A stretch of 64,000 bases of DNA, from positions 64,001 to 128,000 of the forward strand of contig VMGC01000001.1 in the NCBI GenBank assembly GCA_007376385.1, given 5' to 3'. The notes under the pieces are model-generated. The model made no database searches, was not told the DNA's origin, and saw only the letters and a list, made by a program, of their open reading frames with translations. The position numbers and the translations under genes are program-made. The stretch comes from Parcubacteria group bacterium Gr01-1014_8. Its GTDB lineage: Bacteria; Patescibacteriota; Minisyncoccia; Phycocordibacterales; UBA2100. This document shows positions 47,620 through 54,746 of the stretch, one piece after another. The first letter of the stretch is position 1; every line of letters starts with the position of its first letter.

Positions 47620-48980
47620 TTCATACGGATATTTCCCGCATATTCAAGTACGCAAGTATCGGGCTCATCTTCGTTCTTATTATAGGGCTTGGCGGATGGT
47701 ACATATACTTGCGCACGCAAACATCATCAATTGACGCGGCGTCAAGCGGACGCGGGTTCCGCGCGAGCATTCCCACTTCAAGTTCGCTGGGGAGTACTTT
47801 CACCAACATAATTTCCGGATTCAGAAGAACCCCCAGTGAAGCGAGCGAAAATCCGCCAGGAATAAGCCCGCAAAGCTTTTCGAGTGGTATTTCTAACTTT
47901 TCCGAAGGCGTAAAAACTGCGTTCGGTAACTTGATATCAGGACTCGGCTCCCTCGTCCCTGGTTCCGCAAGCTCAACGCCGATAAAACAAACCCCTCGTC
48001 TTTGGCAGGTGCAAAAAAGCCCCGTCGCTGGATTCAGGTTCATCGCTGCAACAACGACAACGCTTCGCTTTATGGAACGCTCAAGCGGCTATATTTTCGA
48101 CGTGAACCCGGCGACAGGGAAAACAACGCGAGTAACAAATACTCTTATCCCGAAAGTATATGATGCACGGTTCGCCAGGGACGGTTCTCCGGTTATAAAA
48201 ACTCTTGAAAACGACGTGCGGACAACCTATAGCGCGACATTAGCATCAAGTTCGAACGAAACTCTTGCCACACTCGTTCTAACGCCGCTAGGAAATAACG
48301 TGGCAGATGCAGTACCAAACGCTACATCACGCGAGCTTCTCTCGCTCATCGAAAGTGAGAATGGATCCTCTATTGTGCGCTCAGGATGGAACGGCTCTAA
48401 ACCAACGACGCTCTTTAGCTCATCGCTCTCGGGATGGAGAATGTACTGGACCTATGACAACAAGGTCTACATCGCGCAAAAAGCGGCGACAGGAGTCCCA
48501 GGTAACGCGTACGAACTTCTTGGCAATGGAGAACTTGTTCCACTAGCGCGTTCTGTTTCGGGGCTCACGATAGTGCCAAAAGCAACTTCTACTGCTCTGC
48601 TTATTGCTTCTGATGCTGGCGTTGTGTCTACCCTTGTCAGGCCAAATGCTGACACAGCGTTCATAATACTACCCGTGAAGACGATAGTCGACAAATGTCT
48701 ATGGGCTCCAGGAAATAATCTGATCGCGTATTGCGCAGTGCCATCGAGCATTCCTTCAAAACAATTCTTGGATGAGTGGTATCGAGGGGAGATACATACG
48801 GCTGACTCGTGGTGGCGCGTTGACGCGAGCGCAGGCTCGGCGCAATTGCTGTTTTCGCCCGCGCGCGAGAGCGGCTCTTCGCTTGATGCGGAAACCCCGA
48901 GAATAGACAATAGCGGGACGTACATAGCATTCCTCGATTCACATGACAAGTCACTGTGGATACTGCGCATCAATGAATAG
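47616..48980 (+). CDS. N-terminally anchored extracytoplasmic protein (possible beta-propeller)
   Basis: ATGA start/stop overlap with the upstream gene (translational coupling); one TM (ASIGLIFVLIIGLGGWYIY), Ser/Gly-rich linker, large C-domain. Confidence 0.5.
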   Translation: MIHTDISRIFKYASIGLIFVLIIGLGGWYIYLRTQTSSIDAASSGRGFRASIPTSSSLGSTFTNIISGFRRTPSEASENPPGISPQSFSSGISNFSEGVKTAFGNLISGLGSLVPGSASSTPIKQTPRLWQVQKSPVAGFRFIAATTTTLRFMERSSGYIFDVNPATGKTTRVTNTLIPKVYDARFARDGSPVIKTLENDVRTTYSATLASSSNETLATLVLTPLGNNVADAVPNATSRELLSLIESENGSSIVRSGWNGSKPTTLFSSSLSGWRMYWTYDNKVYIAQKAATGVPGNAYELLGNGELVPLARSVSGLTIVPKATSTALLIASDAGVVSTLVRPNADTAFIILPVKTIVDKCLWAPGNNLIAYCAVPSSIPSKQFLDEWYRGEIHTADSWWRVDASAGSAQLLFSPARESGSSLDAETPRIDNSGTYIAFLDSHDKSLWILRINE

Positions 48981-48982
48981 CC

Positions 48983-49138
48983 ATGAAAAAAGTTGCATCT
49001 AAGGTGCGCAGCGCGCGGAAGACGTTCGCATTTATCTCCCTTTCCGGCCTGAATGGTCCGGAATTCGCTCCGTTCCTCACCGCCGCGTTCAATAGCCAGA
49101 ATTTTCCCACATTCGTGAACGCTCTCTTTAAGGGTTGA
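48983..49138 (+). CDS. Small ORF (51 aa), paralog 1 of duplicated module
   Basis: MKKVASKVRSARKTFAFISLSGLNGPEFAPFLTAAFNSQNFPTFVNALFKG*; starts 2 nt after the upstream gene's stop; contains the 99-bp repeat. Confidence 0.3.
   Translation: MKKVASKVRSARKTFAFISLSGLNGPEFAPFLTAAFNSQNFPTFVNALFKG
49035..49133 (+). repeat. 99-bp perfect direct repeat, copy 1
   Basis: tctccctttccggcctgaatggtccggaattcgctccgttcctcaccgccgcgttcaatagccagaattttcccacattcgtgaacgctctctttaagg is identical at 49645..49743. Confidence 0.9.
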
Positions 49139-49589
49139 ACATTGTGGGCAGGATGAAGCCACTTCCTGCCGCTCCGAGGCTTCCTACGAGCACCGCGCCT
49201 GCGGAAAGCACTTTTACCCCGCCAGACCCGGATCAAACTGTGGTCGCCCCCGTGAATAGCAACGTTGATCGATGGTGTACAACATCAAGTTCTGGAGGAG
49301 CCACACTATGTTTTACCGGGCCTCAAGCGCAGCGAAATTGCAACGCGCAATACGCATCAAGAGGCATCGATAGGCAGTGCACGTCCTTCCCAGCTCAATA
49401 AAGGTTCCTCGGAGCAAGCTCTGAGGTATTGAACCTGTGTTTGCGCATATTGCCCATTTAAAAATAATCATACATCGCTAGAGATGCCCTGCACTCGCGA
49501 TATAATAGAACTGCAGACAACTATAGTGCCTTGCTGCCAGACATTACGACATGCGTAAAGATATGTGTTCGCGACCTGCCTCGCGTACA

Positions 49590-49871
49590 ATGAAAAAAAT
49601 ATTGTCCAAGTTTCGGGAGCTGCCTCACGCGTTCCAGGGTTTCGTCTCCCTTTCCGGCCTGAATGGTCCGGAATTCGCTCCGTTCCTCACCGCCGCGTTC
49701 AATAGCCAGAATTTTCCCACATTCGTGAACGCTCTCTTTAAGGAACAATTCACGCAACCGCCTGCACAGAATTCGTTCTTCGGAGGAGCAGGCGGACAAT
49801 TTGATCCTTCGCTCAATGGAGTTGGCGTCTCAGGTAATGAAATAGGGAACCCAAACCCATCATCACCGTAG
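49590..49871 (+). CDS. Small ORF (93 aa), paralog 2 of duplicated module with Gly-rich C-terminus
   Basis: MKKILSKFRELPHAFQGFVSLSGLNGPEFAPFLTAAFNSQNFPTFVNALFKEQFTQPPAQNSFFGGAGGQFDPSLNGVGVSGNEIGNPNPSSP. It shares the SLSGLNGPEF...FVNALFK core with paralog 1. Confidence 0.35.
   Translation: MKKILSKFRELPHAFQGFVSLSGLNGPEFAPFLTAAFNSQNFPTFVNALFKEQFTQPPAQNSFFGGAGGQFDPSLNGVGVSGNEIGNPNPSSP
49645..49743 (+). repeat. 99-bp perfect direct repeat, copy 2
   Basis: Identical to 49035..49133 by eye over about 99 nt; the flanks diverge. Confidence 0.9.
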
Positions 49872-49872
49872 T

Positions 49873-50376
49873 TTATACATCGCTCGTATATCTAATCACG
49901 ACTCGTCGACTGCGTCCCTCCCCTTGTGATTCTGTTTTAACGTTCGGAGAATCTGCGAGCGTCGTGTGCACAATGAGGCGCTCATAGGCACTCATGGGAG
50001 AGAGCTCCACATCGTATTGAAATGAACGAGCTCGTTCTGCCATCATCAAGGCTTTCGCCTGCAAGTCCTTTATCTGTTTTGAACGATAGTCATTTACGTC
50101 CACCAAAAAATGAGTCTCGTTTGAATTTTCATCAGGTGCGATCGGGACAGTGCGATTGCCCATGAGTCGCTTTTCGACTATTTTTTTTACCAGCTGATCT
50201 ATCGCATGTACCGTATCTCCGTGCATCCCGATAAGGGAGCGCGCATCGTCCGCCTGGATAGCAAATACCGATTGCCCGGCTATTTCTTCGTACTTGACAC
50301 CGGAGTACGCCGCACCCATCGCTGAAAGCGTCTCTTTTAGGACTGATCCGACGATCTCATTGAGCTCAGACTTCAT
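49873..50376 (-). CDS. jag: Jag/KhpB-family RNA-binding protein (KH + R3H)
   Basis: 167 aa; KH-like (IGMHGDTVHAIDQLV) and R3H (SPMSAYERLIVHTTLADSPNVKTESQGEGRSRRVVI); conserved position downstream of yidC. Confidence 0.8.
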   Translation of the reverse strand: MKSELNEIVGSVLKETLSAMGAAYSGVKYEEIAGQSVFAIQADDARSLIGMHGDTVHAIDQLVKKIVEKRLMGNRTVPIAPDENSNETHFLVDVNDYRSKQIKDLQAKALMMAERARSFQYDVELSPMSAYERLIVHTTLADSPNVKTESQGEGRSRRVVIRYTSDV

Positions 50377-50420
50377 CCAGCATTCTTATCACAAAAAGAG
50401 AGCGCCTCCAAATTTCGCCC

Positions 50421-51188
50421 TCAAACCCCCGGCGCCGTAGGCTGCCTGACCTGTTCTGTTGCTTTTTTTTCTTTAAGACGTCGTCCCATGGCAAGCTCCT
50501 GCAGAATCATGAACGTGTTGCTCGCGACCCAGTATAACGGAACAGCAGCGGAAACGGTGTATGCGATGCCACCGATCATGATAGGGAGCACGTAACGGGC
50601 CTGCAGATCGAAACTCCGCGCCATATCCGCAGAGAAAGAGCCGTCCGATTGCGTGGCAGGTTTGCGCGGTCCCATCGAGAGCCGTGCATATATCAATTGC
50701 GTAATCCCGGCAAAAAACGCGAGCAGAATGCTATGCGAACCCATGTTGATGAGACCCAGAAATTCCATGTTCACACTTTCCGGGGTGGGTACGAATGAAT
50801 ACAGATATTCTGGGTGCACATTCGGCAACCCTCCCTTCCAAAAAACCCAGTAGAGGCCGAACAAAATGGGCAGCTGTAAAAGTACTAGAAAAAAGGAGGC
50901 GAACGGACGAATGCTTTTCTCACGATACAGAGCAAAGATGGCGCGCGCCTGTTCCTCCTGCTTGTCCTTGAATTTCTTTTTTATTTCGTCGATTTCCGGA
51001 GCGACTTCTCTCATCGCCGCTTGCGTGCGCACAGCTTGGCGCGAAAGGGGAAAGAGAATGACGCGGACAACGAGGGTCAGAATGACGACCGCGATACCAA
51101 CATCATGCAGAGGAACAACATCTACAAAAAAAACAAGCCCGTTGTAGAGCGGGGTGTAAACGAGTGCGTTGAATATAGCAGAGATCAT
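50421..51188 (-). CDS. yidC: Membrane protein insertase YidC/Oxa1 (short form)
   Basis: 255 aa; 60KD_IMP pattern and polytopic topology. Confidence 0.9.
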   Translation of the reverse strand: MISAIFNALVYTPLYNGLVFFVDVVPLHDVGIAVVILTLVVRVILFPLSRQAVRTQAAMREVAPEIDEIKKKFKDKQEEQARAIFALYREKSIRPFASFFLVLLQLPILFGLYWVFWKGGLPNVHPEYLYSFVPTPESVNMEFLGLINMGSHSILLAFFAGITQLIYARLSMGPRKPATQSDGSFSADMARSFDLQARYVLPIMIGGIAYTVSAAVPLYWVASNTFMILQELAMGRRLKEKKATEQVRQPTAPGV

Positions 51189-51529
51189 TCGGCGTATTGT
51201 ACTGCCTCTCGTATCAGCGACGCAATGTCCTTCGAGAGTTCCGCTCTCGGCGCCTTCAGGGCAGCGGGTTTAATGTGCAACACGAACGCAACAGGTCTTT
51301 TAATGTGGGCAAGCGCTGCACGAGCTAATTCTCTGCACGCGCGTTTCGCAGAATTTCTGTCTACTGCACGCTTCGCGGTTTTTTTTGAAATAACACACGC
51401 GCACTTAGGGCCCGCCGCCTCTTGGAGGATGATTGTCATCAACGAATAGTACTTGCCGCGAAAATGTGCCGAACGAACGCTTGAAAGATGTTTCAAGTCA
51501 CTCCGGCTAATGCGTCTTGCAGCAGGCAT
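51185..51529 (-). CDS. rnpA: Ribonuclease P protein component
   Basis: 114 aa, basic; AVDRNSAKRACRELARAA matches the RnpA RNR-motif region; conserved rpmH-rnpA-yidC order. Confidence 0.85.
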   Translation of the reverse strand: MPAARRISRSDLKHLSSVRSAHFRGKYYSLMTIILQEAAGPKCACVISKKTAKRAVDRNSAKRACRELARAALAHIKRPVAFVLHIKPAALKAPRAELSKDIASLIREAVQYAE

Positions 51530-51664
51530 CTAGAGCGCCAACGTGGCTCGGCCCTTCCTGCGGCGGCGCATAATGATGCGTCTGCCGTTCTTGGTCTTTA
51601 GTCGCGCTCGAAATCCGTGTGTCCGCGCGCGTTTGCGCTTCTTTGGTTGGTATGTTCGTCGCAT
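51530..51664 (-). CDS. rpmH: 50S ribosomal protein L34
   Basis: Not in the ORF track (<60 aa). The minus-strand translation [44 protein letters not shown] is the canonical L34 sequence. Its stop abuts the rnpA start. Confidence 0.9.
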   Translation of the reverse strand: MRRTYQPKKRKRARTHGFRARLKTKNGRRIIMRRRRKGRATLAL

Positions 51665-51816
51665 CGGGCCAACATATCATAATGAAGAATATTTGACCAC
51701 TCCGAAAATACACGTCGACCAAATATCCCCACTCTATCCACAGCTTGTGAACATACCTCCTTGAGCGCGTATGCGCTTCACGTCTCCTACTTCACGCGTA
51801 TAATGACTCAACTCTC
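51665..51816. promoter_or_regulatory. rpmH-dnaA divergent intergenic region with DnaA-box-like motifs
   Basis: Contains ctcTATCCACAgc and a ttgtgaaca variant, plus AT-rich stretches; classic position of dnaA promoter/oriC-associated boxes. Confidence 0.5.
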
Positions 51817-53175
51817 GTGCGTATGATGTCCAATCGTGAACTTTGGCAGAATGCTTTGGTGCAAATTGAATTGGGCACGTCTGAAGCAAGTTTCAGAACG
51901 TGGTTTCGGGGAACAGACATAATTGGCAGAGAGGGAGGCTCCGTAAACATCGCGGTCCCCAGCAAAATCGTTAAGGAATGGCTTTCCGACAAGCACAACA
52001 AGCTCATTTTGGGCATATTGCGTACCCTAGACAGTACAATTCGCTCAATAGAGTATTCAGTGCATCGCTCCGCAATACCGGTAGAGAGAAAGAACGAGAA
52101 ATCCCCACAACCGCCCCAAAATGCCTCGCTTGACCTTCAGTCTCTGTACATAGATAAACGAGACAATCTGAACCCTCGCTACACCTTTGAGACGTTCGTA
52201 GTAGGGCCATTCAATCAACTAGCGCATGCCGCGGCGAAAGCTGTCATAGAAAGACCCGGGCTCGCTTATAATCCGTTATTCATCTACGGCTCGACCGGAC
52301 ACGGTAAAACGCACCTCATTCAGGCAATAGGCAATTACTTTAAAAAAACGCATGCGAATAAAAAAGTCTTTTACGTGACGTCTGAACGCTTTACGACTGA
52401 TTTTTTGAACGCAATACGCGCTGGAAAAGCAAGCGGATTCAAGGATCAGTACCAGCAATACGATGTTCTCATCATGGATGACGTGCAATTCATCGCAAAT
52501 ACAGAAAAAACACAAGAGGAACTATTCCACGTCTTCAATCGACTGCACGATGACAACAAACAGATAGTATTTTCGTCAGACAAACATCCGAACATGATGC
52601 CCGGCTTCGAAGACAGGCTCAAGGGACGATTCAGCGCGGGTATGATAGCGGAAATTCCAGAGCCTGATGTCGAATCGCGCATCTCCATCATCCGCGCCAA
52701 AATAGAACAGCTCGGGTTTAACATCCCGGACGACATTATCTCTTACATTGCAGAAAGCGTGCGCGGAAATATCCGCGAACTGGAGGGTATTTTGAATATG
52801 ATCGTGTGCAAATCACAGCTCAAGGGCAAGGTTATATCGCACGCAGACGTCCGGATGCTGATAAAACACAACGTGCGGCCGAATAAAGGCGTTTCTATGG
52901 ATGAAGTAGTGAGACGCATCGCGCAATACTACGAAGTAGCGGAGAAAAGCATTTACGAGAAGACAAGAAAGAAAGAGGTGGTGAAGCCGCGCCAGGTCAT
53001 TATGTATATTTTGCGCGAAGAATTCAGTGTTTCATATCCTTCTATCGGAGAAAAACTCGGGGGACGCGATCACACGACGGTCATCCATTCATGCGAGAAG
53101 ATAAAAGAAGAGGCAAAAAGAAATCCATCACTCGAACAAGAGTTGGAGCATGTGCGTTCGCTGGTGCATGCATAA
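51817..53175 (+). CDS. dnaA: Chromosomal replication initiator protein DnaA
   Basis: 452 aa; AAA+ Walker A GSTGHGKTHL, Walker B LIMDDVQF, C-terminal DnaA-box-binding HTH. Confidence 0.95.
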   Translation: MRMMSNRELWQNALVQIELGTSEASFRTWFRGTDIIGREGGSVNIAVPSKIVKEWLSDKHNKLILGILRTLDSTIRSIEYSVHRSAIPVERKNEKSPQPPQNASLDLQSLYIDKRDNLNPRYTFETFVVGPFNQLAHAAAKAVIERPGLAYNPLFIYGSTGHGKTHLIQAIGNYFKKTHANKKVFYVTSERFTTDFLNAIRAGKASGFKDQYQQYDVLIMDDVQFIANTEKTQEELFHVFNRLHDDNKQIVFSSDKHPNMMPGFEDRLKGRFSAGMIAEIPEPDVESRISIIRAKIEQLGFNIPDDIISYIAESVRGNIRELEGILNMIVCKSQLKGKVISHADVRMLIKHNVRPNKGVSMDEVVRRIAQYYEVAEKSIYEKTRKKEVVKPRQVIMYILREEFSVSYPSIGEKLGGRDHTTVIHSCEKIKEEAKRNPSLEQELEHVRSLVHA

Positions 53176-53394
53176 CGCATGTGGATAACAACTGTATGAA
53201 CACTGGATGGAATTGGGGAGAAGAAAAATAAAATACTATCCACATCTTCTTCATGTCACCATTACATTATCTATCCACAAACCAAAATATAAAATATCCA
53301 AGGAGCAGGTCATAAAAATCACTTATTCACCTATCCACACTACCAACAACAGCAACAGTATTTATATACAATAAGTATTAATACGATCTCTACT
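53176..53394. promoter_or_regulatory. Candidate oriC: DnaA-box cluster and AT-rich region between dnaA and dnaN
   Basis: At least four matches to TTATCCACA or its complement: tgtggataa 53180-53188 (perfect reverse complement), and cTATCCACA at 53236-53244, 53271-53279 and 53331-53339; also ttattcacc. The interval is AT-rich. Confidence 0.7.
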
Positions 53395-54495
53395 ATGCAT
53401 TTCACGGTCACAAAAGAAAAATTACAGAATGCCGTTGTACTGGCGGAAAGGGTTGTCGGAAAAAAAGAATCATTACCAGTCCTTTCGTGCGTGCTTCTTA
53501 GTGCGAATAAGGATTTTTCCGTTCGTGCCACAAACCTTGAAGCAGGTATCGAAGTGCATGTACCGGGAGACGTAGGAGAAAAGGGGGTTGTCGCAGTGCC
53601 TGTTTCGGTATTTTCTCAAACACTGCGGGCCATAGCGGGCGACAAGGTTAGTCTAAAAGTTGAAAGTGAAAATTTACTCGTTGAATCGCGAGGAAGCAAA
53701 ACTCTTATTAAGGCGATCCCCCACGGAGAATTTCCAGATCTTTCGTCTTCGGAGAAAGGGAAGTATGGCGTGAATATCCATCGTCAGACTCTACTGCAGG
53801 CATTGCAAGCGGTTTCATACGCGGCATCGCCTTCAATGATCCGACCAGAGCTTGGTTCAGTGTTTGTGTCAATAAAAAACGGCGCTCTCATTACAGCTGC
53901 AACAGACTCATTCCGACTTGCGGAAAAGACATTTCTGAAAGCGGCGGACGATGATGACAAGGAAGTTCTCATCCCACTTAAGCACGCACTCGAAGTAAGT
54001 CATATCCTTGAGCGCATACCCGATGAGCAGATCTCGCTTATAGCGGATGAATCGCAGCTCGTGTTGCGTGCAAGTGGCCTTGAGTATGTTTCGCGCGTCG
54101 TCGAAGCATCATTTCCAAATTATAAAGAGATCGTCCCTAAAACGTTCACGACCGAAGCAACACTTCTCAAAGCTGATCTCATTGAGATGCTGCGCAAAGC
54201 ACGCGTTTTTTCGGGCTCGGAACAAAAAGTGGGATTGCATGTATATCCAAAGAAAAAGATATTCGATGCAACGGCTCAGAGCGCCGCAATAGGCGAAATG
54301 TCTGATTCTATCGATGCGGCGCTTTCAGGGGAAGATATCGACATCAATTTTAATATTGCGTATCTCTCGGATTGCCTGCCGCTCATTCAATCAGAAAGTG
54401 TTACCCTCGGGTTTTCCGGAGGGGGGAAACCGCTCGTTATACGAAGTGCGTCGGACCTCACCTTTACGTATCTGGTGATGCCGCTGAATCGTTAG
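53395..54495 (+). CDS. dnaN: DNA polymerase III beta sliding clamp
   Basis: 366 aa; three-domain clamp pattern (MHFTVTKEKLQNAV...); immediately downstream of dnaA. Confidence 0.9.
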   Translation: MHFTVTKEKLQNAVVLAERVVGKKESLPVLSCVLLSANKDFSVRATNLEAGIEVHVPGDVGEKGVVAVPVSVFSQTLRAIAGDKVSLKVESENLLVESRGSKTLIKAIPHGEFPDLSSSEKGKYGVNIHRQTLLQALQAVSYAASPSMIRPELGSVFVSIKNGALITAATDSFRLAEKTFLKAADDDDKEVLIPLKHALEVSHILERIPDEQISLIADESQLVLRASGLEYVSRVVEASFPNYKEIVPKTFTTEATLLKADLIEMLRKARVFSGSEQKVGLHVYPKKKIFDATAQSAAIGEMSDSIDAALSGEDIDINFNIAYLSDCLPLIQSESVTLGFSGGGKPLVIRSASDLTFTYLVMPLNR

Positions 54496-54746
54496 GGATT
54501 ATTATCGGTGAGGGCTGTGAGAGACATGAACATGTCCGCATGTTTATTTGGAGCGGGGAGACACAAAGTGTCGAAGACCCTTTACTGGGCGGACGTCGAG
54601 AATGCCCCGCAGCTCTGCTGCGGGGATGAATCGGCGCCGGTTCAAATGAGTGCGCCCGGCGGGCGCTCCTCTTCCAGCAAAAACGCCACGGTGGTTTTCC
54701 GCAAATGCCCCGACGCCCGCATCGGGGATCGACGGAAAACCCGTTT

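Noticed and set aside
48467-49799. Minus-strand ORFs 48467..49162 and 49521..49799 sharing the peptide ESVHECGKILAIERGGEERSEFRTIQAGKGD
   Set aside because: The shared peptide is just the reverse-strand translation of the 99-bp direct repeat. The first ORF also overlaps the 3' end of a well-supported plus-strand gene, so it is an antisense artefact.
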